Source of the DNA: Solirubrobacteraceae bacterium
GTDB taxonomy: Bacteria; Actinomycetota; Thermoleophilia; Solirubrobacterales; Solirubrobacteraceae
NCBI GenBank assembly: GCA_036379935.1
Contig: DASVFT010000166.1
Coordinates: forward strand, 3,683 to 67,682
Reading direction: 5' to 3'
Length of the DNA stretch: 64,000 nucleotides
In this document: positions 43,249 through 54,101 of the stretch, piece after piece
Layout: each line of letters starts with the position of its first letter
How positions within the stretch are numbered: position 1 is the stretch's first letter
Notes under the pieces: generated by a model
What the model saw: the letters and a program-made list of their open reading frames with translations, nothing else
The model's database searches: none
What the model was told of the DNA's origin: nothing
Made by a program: the position numbers and the translations under genes

Positions 43249-43494
43249 ATGAGCCCCGGCGCCCGCCGCCTCGGCGTCCCGCGCCCCGCGGCCGTGCTGG
43301 CCGGTCCCGGGGGCCGGCCGCTGTCGGTCGACCGCCACGAGGTCGTCGCCGTGCGCGAGTCGTGGCTCATCGAGGATCGCTGGTGGACCGACCGGCCGCT
43401 GCGACGGCGCTACTGGGAGGTGGTCACCGTCGACGGCCGCGACCTCGTCGTCTTCCGCGAGCTCACCGAGGGTCGCTGGTACCGGCACCGCTGA
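43249..43494 (+). CDS. small Trp-rich hypothetical protein following imuB
   Basis: 81 aa: VVAVRESWLIEDRWWTDRPLRRRYWEVVTVDGRDLVVFRELTEGRWYRH. It resembles small proteins I recall being annotated next to Y-family polymerase genes in Actinobacteria (unverified). Confidence 0.5.
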   Translation: MSPGARRLGVPRPAAVLAGPGGRPLSVDRHEVVAVRESWLIEDRWWTDRPLRRRYWEVVTVDGRDLVVFRELTEGRWYRHR

Positions 43495-43564
43495 CGCAGC
43501 GCGTGCGCAGTCTTGTCACAGCCGAGCGGTTGTCCCGTGACGCGGCTCCCGCCACCGTACCCGG

Positions 43565-44836
43565 GTGCCCCCACAACGCTCCCCGGGACCGTCCGATCGC
43601 GGCCAGGCCGGCGTCGACTACGTCACCCTCGTCCTGGTCGTGGTCGCGGCCCTGGGAGCGGTGGCGCTCGTCGCCGACGCGTCCGGGGTCCCGCGGGCGG
43701 TCCACCATCAACTGCTGCGCGCGCTGTGCGTGACGCGCGGCGGTGAGTGCGAGCAGGACCGGGCGCCGTGCCCGGTCGCCACCGACCGCCGCGACGACGC
43801 CATCGGCGCGAGGATCCTCGTCTTCCGCCTCGGCCAGGACAAGACGGTCGTCCGCGAGGAGCGCTCCGACGGCAGCATCGCCGTCACCGTGGCGTACGGG
43901 CGCGAGGCGGGGCTGGAGGTCGCCGATGGCGTGCGCCTGGCGGTGTCGCTCGGGCACGGTGGCATCGGGCTCGGCGGCGAGCTCACCGCCTCGGCCGTCG
44001 CCACGCGGGAGCACGGCTACACGTGGCTGCTGCACGATCCGCGCGCCGCCGACGCGATCGTGGACCGGCTCGGGGCCTCGCTCGGCGAGCTCGAGCGCCT
44101 CGTCGCCGCGGGGAGGATGCCCGCGCCGACCCAGCGCTACGGGCAGGGCGGGCTCTCGGTCACGGGTCAGGCGTCGCGCGGGGGCGAGCACGGGGGCGTG
44201 CTCGCCCTGTCGTCGCAGGACGTAGCGGGGTCGCGAATCGACATGCAGACCGGGCGACGGACGGCCTACGTGCAGCGCACGGTCGAGGGGTCGCTGTCGC
44301 TGACCGGCGCGGGCGGTGGCCTCACGGGCGCGCGCCGCGCGCGCGAGCGCTACGCCGTCACCTACGACCGCCGGGGGCGCCCGGTCGACCTCATGGTGAT
44401 GAGCGCCGGCCGGTACCGCGCCTCGATCGACCTGCCAGCGCGCCTGCAGCCCGCCGTCGGGCTGCAGTCCGTCCCCACGGGCCACGCGCGCACCTACGTC
44501 GAGGAGACGCACCTCGACCTCACCGATCCCGAGAGCCTGCGCGTGGCGGCCGCCTTCCTTCACCAGGTGAGCCATCCTCGCGCGGTGAGCGTCGGGCCGC
44601 CGGCGGCGGTGACCGACGCCCTGCGCCGCCGCCTCGACGCCGCGGGAGTCGTGCACGCGCGCACGTACGACGCCGACGAGCGCCGCTACGGCGTCGCGGG
44701 CGCGGTGAGCGTCAAGGGCATCCGGATCGGAGGCGAGCTCTCCCGCACGCTCGAGGCCAGCCACCTCGTCGCCGCCACCACCCGCGGCCTCGACGGCGTG
44801 TGGCGTAAGCGCGCGGACTGCCTTGCGCGGGCGTAG
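43565..44836 (+). CDS. membrane-anchored hypothetical protein with TadE-like N-terminus
   Basis: 423 aa from a GTG start. DRGQAGVDYVTLVLVVVAALGAVALV resembles the TadE/pseudopilin N-terminal motif. The remainder is beta-rich and unrecognised. Confidence 0.5.
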   Translation: MPPQRSPGPSDRGQAGVDYVTLVLVVVAALGAVALVADASGVPRAVHHQLLRALCVTRGGECEQDRAPCPVATDRRDDAIGARILVFRLGQDKTVVREERSDGSIAVTVAYGREAGLEVADGVRLAVSLGHGGIGLGGELTASAVATREHGYTWLLHDPRAADAIVDRLGASLGELERLVAAGRMPAPTQRYGQGGLSVTGQASRGGEHGGVLALSSQDVAGSRIDMQTGRRTAYVQRTVEGSLSLTGAGGGLTGARRARERYAVTYDRRGRPVDLMVMSAGRYRASIDLPARLQPAVGLQSVPTGHARTYVEETHLDLTDPESLRVAAAFLHQVSHPRAVSVGPPAAVTDALRRRLDAAGVVHARTYDADERRYGVAGAVSVKGIRIGGELSRTLEASHLVAATTRGLDGVWRKRADCLARA

Positions 44837-44867
44837 GTGCCCTGCCTCGTCATGAGGGGTACCGTCC

Positions 44868-45173
44868 TTGAGCACGATGCCCGAGTACCGCGCCTGGATC
44901 ACGATCCCGGGCTTGCCGATCGAACCTGACGACGCGTCGCTTGCGTTGCATCGGACGCTTGATCGCGATCACGGTGAGCTGGGTCCGATCCTGGGCGGGG
45001 ACGCGAGAGGGGTGCAGGTTGTCCTCTCCACAACCGCCTCGGATCCGGCGGCGGCCGCCGGAGAGCTTCATGCCGCGGTGGTCGATAGCTTGCGCATCGC
45101 GGGTCTCGAGCATCTCTACCCGTCGGCGATCGAGCTGGAGGTCGTCGACGAGCACACCTCGGCCGTGGCGTAG
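44868..45173 (+). CDS. hypothetical 101-aa protein
   Basis: It has a TTG start (alternative ATG at 44877) and non-biased composition. It ends 26 nt before the ATG at 45199 that abuts the dnaE2 SOS box. I do not recognise a family. Confidence 0.4.
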   Translation: MSTMPEYRAWITIPGLPIEPDDASLALHRTLDRDHGELGPILGGDARGVQVVLSTTASDPAAAAGELHAAVVDSLRIAGLEHLYPSAIELEVVDEHTSAVA

Positions 45174-45198
45174 CGAAGCGGGGCTCCGTCTTCGCCAC

Positions 45199-48882
<3,684 letters not shown>

Positions 48883-48928
48883 GGGCGTCGGCGGCGTACC
48901 GGGAGGCCGACAGGTATGTTCCCGCGCG

Positions 48929-49429
48929 ATGATCGCCGCGCTCGTCTTCGTGCTCGCCTTCGTCGTCCTCGGGCTCTCCGTCGTCTTCTTCGCGTTCAGC
49001 GGCGGGCCTCGCGGCGCCCATGAACGCAGGGCGGGGCCGTCGCGCGCGAGCCGGCGCGCCGTGGTGGCGGGAACCGTGATGATCGTCCTTGGGCTCGGGG
49101 TCGCGGTGCCGCTGGCCGTCGCCGTGGTCAACGGCAACGACCACGCCAAGAGCGCGCCGGGTGGCGTCGAGCTCACCGCGGCGGAGGTCCACGGCCGAGC
49201 CATCTTCGCCAGGTACTGCTCGACCTGCCACACGCTCAAGGCGTCGAACGCCGTGGGCAAGGTCGGGCCCAACCTCGATGTGCTGCACCCGCCCAAGGTC
49301 CTCGTCCTCGACGCCATCAAGAAGGGGCGGGCGCAGGGCCGCGGCCAGATGCCGCCGGGCCTGGTGGACGGCCAGGATGCCCAGGACGTGGCGGCCTACG
49401 TCGCCAAGGTCGCCGGCCGCGCCGATTAG
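48929..49429 (+). CDS. membrane-anchored class I c-type cytochrome
   Basis: 166 aa with two N-terminal TM segments, then a CSTCH haem-binding motif and a distal MPPG Met. Confidence 0.75.
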   Translation: MIAALVFVLAFVVLGLSVVFFAFSGGPRGAHERRAGPSRASRRAVVAGTVMIVLGLGVAVPLAVAVVNGNDHAKSAPGGVELTAAEVHGRAIFARYCSTCHTLKASNAVGKVGPNLDVLHPPKVLVLDAIKKGRAQGRGQMPPGLVDGQDAQDVAAYVAKVAGRAD

Positions 49430-49449
49430 GCGCGGCCCCGCATCGACCG

Positions 49450-49473
49450 AAAAAACCCGCCCTGACGGGTGGG
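49450..49473 (-). terminator. canonical intrinsic-terminator hairpin oriented for leftward transcription
   Basis: The minus strand reads CCCACCC-gtca-GGGCGGG-TTTTTT. On the plus strand the A-tract precedes the stem, so the U-tract exists only for the minus strand. Confidence 0.4.
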
Positions 49474-49494
49474 GGTGCCGCTGCTAGAGTGCCG

Positions 49495-49645
49495 GCCGTC
49501 AAGACCGCTGAGTTCTCCAGCTCCACCCGCACTCGTTGCGGGAGAGGTGGGGAAACGGGGGACCCAGAGTTGGGGCGAATCGTGTCGTCCGGCACGTAGC
49601 GCAAGCTCTTTCAGCGCGAGCCCGTCAGCTAACCCCGTAAGCACA
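49495..49645 (+). promoter_or_regulatory. ydaO-yuaA-type (cyclic-di-AMP) riboswitch
   Basis: Conserved blocks appear in the right order: CGCTGAGTTC, ACGGGGGACCCA, TTGGGGCGAATC, GTAGCG, GAGCCCGTCAGCTAACCCCGTAAGCA. It lies 25 nt upstream of the ATG at 49669. The boundaries are approximate. Confidence 0.75.
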
Positions 49646-49668
49646 CGAAAGAGGACGACGACAGAGGC

Positions 49669-50370
49669 ATGCCCCAGCCCGAGCCCCGCGCGTGGTGGTC
49701 CGACGTGCAGCACCTGCGCGACTCGATCGAGCGTAGGCGTGAAGCCGAAGCCCGCCGTGGCCTGCGGCTGGACGCGCGCTCGGCAGCACGGGCGGTGGCG
49801 GATCGTGCGGCGAGCGGTCCGGCCGAGAGCGAGGGTGAGCCGCGGGGCCGCTTCGCGCGCCCGGGGCCCGACGATCGCGAGCCGCGGGGCCGCTTCGCGC
49901 GCCCGGGGCCCGACGAGGGTGAGCCGCGGGGCCGCTTCGCCCGCCCGGAGCCCGACGATCGCGCGCCGCGGCGCCGCTCCGCGCGGTCCGAACGCGATGG
50001 CGACGAGGCGCAGCGCGACAGGGGCGTCCGCGCCGCGGAGGGCACCCGGCGCGCCCTGAAGGCGCCCTCGCGCCGTCGCACCGTCGAGATCACCGGACGC
50101 ACGGTGGGTGCGCCGTCGCTTCCGCGGCTGGTCCAGATCGACCGTCGCCGGCCGGCGCGACGGGCGGTGGAGCGCGTCGGGCCGCGGCCCGACCGGCTCG
50201 CGCTGTGGGCCGTCGTCCTCGGGTTCTTCTTGATCCTCGTCGCGGTGACGAGCACGTCGCATGCGGCCACCCGCGCCCCGGGCGCGCGCGCCGTCGACGG
50301 CCACACCGCGCACTCCCAGGTCCTTCGCGCTTACACGGCGACGCTGCGCGCTACCCCCCCGGCGCGCTGA
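49669..50370 (+). CDS. Arg-rich repeat protein with a single C-terminal TM segment (riboswitch-controlled)
   Basis: 233 aa with three copies of EPRGRFARPGPDD, TM LALWAVVLGFFLILVAV, and only about 37 aa after the TM. No enzymatic domain is recognised. Confidence 0.5.
   Translation: MPQPEPRAWWSDVQHLRDSIERRREAEARRGLRLDARSAARAVADRAASGPAESEGEPRGRFARPGPDDREPRGRFARPGPDEGEPRGRFARPEPDDRAPRRRSARSERDGDEAQRDRGVRAAEGTRRALKAPSRRRTVEITGRTVGAPSLPRLVQIDRRRPARRAVERVGPRPDRLALWAVVLGFFLILVAVTSTSHAATRAPGARAVDGHTAHSQVLRAYTATLRATPPAR
49837..49962. repeat. 42-nt tandem repeat x3 inside the riboswitch-controlled ORF
   Basis: GAGCCGCGGGGCCGCTTCGCGCGCCCGGGGCCCGACGATCGC occurs at 49837, 49879 and 49921 with a few substitutions. 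The repeat is in frame (14 codons). Confidence 0.9.
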
Positions 50371-50375
50371 TCATC

Positions 50376-50410
50376 GGCCGGGGCGGCCCCATGATGGGTC
50401 CGCCCCGGCC
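50376..50410 (+). terminator. perfect 11-bp GC hairpin 5 nt after the stop codon
   Basis: GGCCGGGGCGG-N13-CCGCCCCGGCC. There is no U-tract. Confidence 0.35.
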
Positions 50411-50467
50411 GCGTCGCCGTGGGTGGGCCTGACCGCAGGGGGCGTCCGCCCGAGCGCGGGCGGCCGC

Positions 50468-50545
50468 GCGCTCGCGGTACGAGGCACCTGCGCGCTCGCC
50501 TCACGAGGCACCTGGGCGCTCGCGCTCCGAGCCACCTGCGCGCGC
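50468..50545. repeat. 24-nt imperfect tandem repeat x3.2 (GCGCTCGCnnnnCGAGGCACCTGn)
   Basis: Read directly. Units start at 50468, 50492 and 50516, with a partial fourth. It is intergenic. Confidence 0.85.
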
Positions 50546-50683
50546 CGTGAGATGACCTACCTCAGGGGACGGCGTTGTCATCGCCGCTGCGCCGACGTAC
50601 ACTTACATCTCGTAAGCAGGTTGCTTCGCGTAATTTCGGCACGGACGCCGGCCTTCCATTCCTCTCCTCACGAAGGCCTCGCC

Positions 50684-51247
50684 ATGAAGACACCCATGAG
50701 CCGTTTCCAGATCCACGACGAGCTGACCGCGCCCGAAGGCTCGGTCCCGGTCCTGCGCGGGGCGCTGGCCACCGGCGGCCAGCTCCCGAACTTCCTCGGC
50801 GTCCTCGCCGGCTCGCCCGCGGCGCTGCGCGGCTACGCGCGCTTCCGCTCCGAGCTGCGCCACGGCACCCTCTCCCACGGCACGCTGGAGCGGATCGCCA
50901 TCGCGGTGGCCGAGCACTACGGCTCGGCGCCCGGCATCGCCCTGCACGCGCGCACTGCGCGCCAGGCCGGGCTCGGGCTCGACGAGCTCGCCCTCGCGCG
51001 CGAGTTCGACTCGCGCGACGAGCGCGAGGCGACGCTGCTGCGCTACCTCAAGGTGCTGATCGAGGGCCAGGGCAAGCCGCCGATGCACCTCCACGAGGAG
51101 GCGCGCGAGGCGGGGTGGAGCGACGAGCAGATCCTGGAGGCGGTCGCGTTCGTCGCCCTCGAGACGTTCACCGCGATGATCAACGTCGCCGGCGAGGTGC
51201 CGGTCGACGGCTCGACCGAGGACACCCGGACGCTGAGGGCCGCCTGA
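50684..51247 (+). CDS. carboxymuconolactone decarboxylase (AhpD-like) family protein, cysteine-less
   Basis: 187 aa from the ATG at 50684. The helical CMD-like core is ERIAIAVAEHYGSAPGIALHARTARQAG, but the usual CxxC position holds no Cys. Confidence 0.6.
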   Translation: MKTPMSRFQIHDELTAPEGSVPVLRGALATGGQLPNFLGVLAGSPAALRGYARFRSELRHGTLSHGTLERIAIAVAEHYGSAPGIALHARTARQAGLGLDELALAREFDSRDEREATLLRYLKVLIEGQGKPPMHLHEEAREAGWSDEQILEAVAFVALETFTAMINVAGEVPVDGSTEDTRTLRAA

Positions 51248-51279
51248 TCCCCACGCGGCGGCAGCGGTAGGCTGAACCC

Positions 51280-51687
51280 ATGAGCCTGGAGCCTCGAGCG
51301 ACCGGCTCGCCCGGCGGTGCCGGTGCGCGGCCGGCGGGGTGCTGCCCGTTCTACCACGAGGCTGTCGAGCTGATCGGCCGGCGCTGGACCGGCGCCATCG
51401 TCGCCGTCCTGCTCGACCACGGACCCCTGCGCTTCTCGGAGATCGCCCAGGCGGTCCCCGAGCTCAGCGACCGGCTGCTGTCGGAGCGCATGAAGGAGCT
51501 GGAGGCGCGCGGCCTCGTCGCGCGCCACGTCGAGCCGGGGCCTCCCGTGCGTGTGAGCTACGAGCTCACCGCGATGGGCCACGAGCTCCAGCCGGCGCTC
51601 GACGAGCTGCGGTCGTGGGCCCGGCAATGGCTGGCGGCCGACGAGGAGCGCCGCCGCCGCCAGGCCCGTCCCGTCCGCACGCTCTAG
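51280..51687 (+). CDS. HxlR-family (MarR-like wHTH) transcriptional regulator
   Basis: 135 aa: [59 protein letters not shown]. Confidence 0.85.
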   Translation: MSLEPRATGSPGGAGARPAGCCPFYHEAVELIGRRWTGAIVAVLLDHGPLRFSEIAQAVPELSDRLLSERMKELEARGLVARHVEPGPPVRVSYELTAMGHELQPALDELRSWARQWLAADEERRRRQARPVRTL

Positions 51688-52316
51688 CGCCGCGAGTAGA
51701 ACTCGACGATCAGCTGCTCGTCGACCGGTGCGGTGATCTCGCTGCGCTGGGGCCGGCGCACGAGCGTGCCCTCGAGCCGGTCGAAGTCGACCTGCAGCCA
51801 CGCCGGCATGGCCGCGGTCAGCTCCGTGGCCGCGCGGGCGACGGGCGCCACCGCGCTCGTCGCGGAGATCGCGACCGTCTGGCCGGCGCGCACCCCGTAC
51901 GAGGGGATCGTGACCCGACGGCCGTCCACGAGCACGTGCCCGTGGCTGACGAACTGGCGCGCCTGCGCGCGGGTCGTCGCGAAGCCCAGGCGGTACACGA
52001 TGTTGTCCAGCCGCGTCTCCAGGAGCGTGAGCAGCTCCTCGCCCATCCGGCCCTCGCGGCGACGGGCGGCGGCTTCGACGTAGCGTCGGAACTGGCGCTC
52101 GCGCACGCCGTAGTAGCGCTTGGCGCGCTGCTTCTCGCGCAGCTGGCGCCCGTAGATCGACTCGCGTCGCCCCCGTCGCGTGCCGTGCTGACCCGGCGGC
52201 GCAGGGCCGCGCCGCTCGAGCGCCGACTTGCCGTTCAGCGCGCGCTCCCCCTTGAGGAAGAGCTCGACGCCCTCGCGCCGGGAGAGCCGCTCGACCGGCC
52301 CCGTGTAGCGTCCCAT
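51684..52316 (-). CDS. rpsD: 30S ribosomal protein S4
   Basis: 210 aa starting [25 protein letters not shown], with an S4 RNA-binding domain ([34 protein letters not shown]). Confidence 0.95.
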   Translation of the reverse strand: MGRYTGPVERLSRREGVELFLKGERALNGKSALERRGPAPPGQHGTRRGRRESIYGRQLREKQRAKRYYGVRERQFRRYVEAAARRREGRMGEELLTLLETRLDNIVYRLGFATTRAQARQFVSHGHVLVDGRRVTIPSYGVRAGQTVAISATSAVAPVARAATELTAAMPAWLQVDFDRLEGTLVRRPQRSEITAPVDEQLIVEFYSRR

Positions 52317-52343
52317 GCCTGGGGACGTAGGCCGCGCGGCGGC

Positions 52344-52421
52344 GGGCGCTAGGCGCTGCGCCGGGCGGCGGGCGCTAGGCGCTGCGCCGGGCAGCGGGCG
52401 CTAGGCGCTGCGCACCGCGGC
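52344..52421. repeat. 26-nt tandem repeat x3 (GGGCGCTAGGCGCTGCGC + 8 nt)
   Basis: Units start at 52344, 52370 and 52396. The third copy contains the stop codon and last codons of the acyl-CoA synthetase gene. The array fills the rpsD upstream region. Confidence 0.9.
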
Positions 52422-54053
52422 CGCGGACTCGAGGCCGAGGCGCTCGATCGCGGCCTCGCGGAGCTTGAACTTCTGGACCTTGCCGGTGACGGTCATCGGG
52501 AACTCGTCGGTGAAGAGCACGTAGCGGGGGACCTTGAAGTGCGCCAGGCGGTCGCGGCAGAAGTCGCGGACGGCGTCCTCGTCGAGGTCGGCGCCGGGGC
52601 GCGCGGCGACGAAGGCACACAGCTCCTCGCCGTAGCGCTCGTCGGGCACGCCGACGACCTGGACGTCGGCCACGCCCTCGACCGCGTAGAGGAACTCCTC
52701 GATCTCGCGCGGGTAGATGTTCTCGCCGCCGCGGATGACCATGTCCTTGCTGCGCCCGACGATGTTCAGGTAGCCGTCGTCGTCCATGGTGGCGAGGTCG
52801 CCGGTGTGCATCCACCCGGCGCCGTCGAGCGCCTCGCCGGTGCGTTCGGGATCCTGCCAGTAGCCGAGCATCACGCTGTAGCCGCGCGTGCACAGCTCGC
52901 CCGGCTCGCCGCGTTCGACCACCAGCCCGCTCTCGGGATCGATGACCTTGACCTCGACGTGCGGCCCGACCCGCCCGACGCTGCCGACCCGGCGCTCGAG
53001 CGGGTCGTCGACGCGCGTCTGCGTCGACACCGGCGACGTCTCGGTCATCCCGTAGCAGATGGCCACCTCGGACATGTGCATCCGGTCCACGACCTTCTTC
53101 ATCACCTCGATCGGGCACGGCGAGCCGGCCATGATCCCCGTGCGCAGCGAGCCGAGGTCGAAGGCGTCGAAGTCGTCGTGCTCGAGCATGGCGATGAACA
53201 TGGTGGGCACGCCGTAGAGCGACGTCACCCGCTCCGCCGCGACGGCCCCGAGCGTCGCGCCGGCGTCGAACGAGGGCGCCGGGATGACCACGCACGCGCC
53301 GTGGGCCAGCGTGCCGAGGTTGCCCATGACCATGCCGAAGCAGTGGTAGAACGGCACCGGCAGGCAGGTGACGTCGTCCTCGGCGAGGTGCAGGAGCTCG
53401 GTGACGAAGAAGCCGTTGTTGAGGATGTTGTGGTGCGAAAGCGTCGCGCCCTTGGGAAAGCCCGTCGTGCCGCTCGTGTACTGGATGTTGATCGGGTCGT
53501 CGAAGGACAGCGCGGCCATCCGCGTGGCGATCGCCTCGCGGTCGGGCTCGCCGGCGGCGAGCTCGGCCCAGTCGTCGCCGTCGACGAAGACCGTGCGCTC
53601 CAGCGTCTCGACGCCGCCTGCGACCTCCTCGATCATCGCGGCGTAGTCGCTGCTCTTGAAGGCGCTGACGCTGAACAGCAGGCGCGCGCCTGATTGGCGC
53701 AGCACGTACTCGAGCTCGTGAGAGCGGTAGGCCGGATTGACGTTGACGAGGATGGCGCCGACCTTGGCGGTCGCGTACTGGACGAGGACCCATTCGATGC
53801 AGTTCGGCGCCCAGAGGGCGACGCGGTCGCCGGCCTCCACGCCGGCGCGCAGCAGCCCGCCGGCGAGCGCGTCGATGGCGGCATCGAGCTCGGCGTAGGT
53901 CAGCCGCACGCCCTGGTGGCAGCTGACGAGCGCGTCGCGGTCGGCGAAGCGCGCCGCGGTGCGCTCGAAGTGCGCGCCGATGGTGTCGCCGAGCAGCGGC
54001 GTGTCGAAGGTGCCGTGAGCGTAGGACGGAGCGGACATGGCCCCATTGTCCAT
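52401..54053 (-). CDS. AMP-binding acyl-CoA synthetase / fatty-acid--CoA ligase
   Basis: 550 aa with [18 protein letters not shown]-like [16 protein letters not shown] and GKVQKF. An alternative start lies at 54038. Confidence 0.9.
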   Translation of the reverse strand: MDNGAMSAPSYAHGTFDTPLLGDTIGAHFERTAARFADRDALVSCHQGVRLTYAELDAAIDALAGGLLRAGVEAGDRVALWAPNCIEWVLVQYATAKVGAILVNVNPAYRSHELEYVLRQSGARLLFSVSAFKSSDYAAMIEEVAGGVETLERTVFVDGDDWAELAAGEPDREAIATRMAALSFDDPINIQYTSGTTGFPKGATLSHHNILNNGFFVTELLHLAEDDVTCLPVPFYHCFGMVMGNLGTLAHGACVVIPAPSFDAGATLGAVAAERVTSLYGVPTMFIAMLEHDDFDAFDLGSLRTGIMAGSPCPIEVMKKVVDRMHMSEVAICYGMTETSPVSTQTRVDDPLERRVGSVGRVGPHVEVKVIDPESGLVVERGEPGELCTRGYSVMLGYWQDPERTGEALDGAGWMHTGDLATMDDDGYLNIVGRSKDMVIRGGENIYPREIEEFLYAVEGVADVQVVGVPDERYGEELCAFVAARPGADLDEDAVRDFCRDRLAHFKVPRYVLFTDEFPMTVTGKVQKFKLREAAIERLGLESAAAVRSA

Positions 54054-54101
54054 CCGCTTTCAACCTGCGGTCCAGCGTGGCTTCGCTAGGTTCCACGGGC
54101 T

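Noticed and set aside
50261-50683. N-terminal 141-codon extension of the CMD-family ORF, and the 75-aa ORF at 50205-50432, considered as a missing catalytic domain of the riboswitch-regulated gene.
   Set aside because: Both are Arg/Pro/Ala-biased, cross the hairpin and the 24-nt repeats, and show no hydrolase-like motifs. This remains only a formal possibility, to be tested by tblastn.
54054-54101. Possible GlnR-type box (GTCCA...TTTCA...GGTCCA) upstream of glnA.
   Set aside because: The half-site spacing does not fit the gTnAc-n6-GaAAc pattern I remember, depending on how it is phased. It is too degenerate to call without a matrix search.
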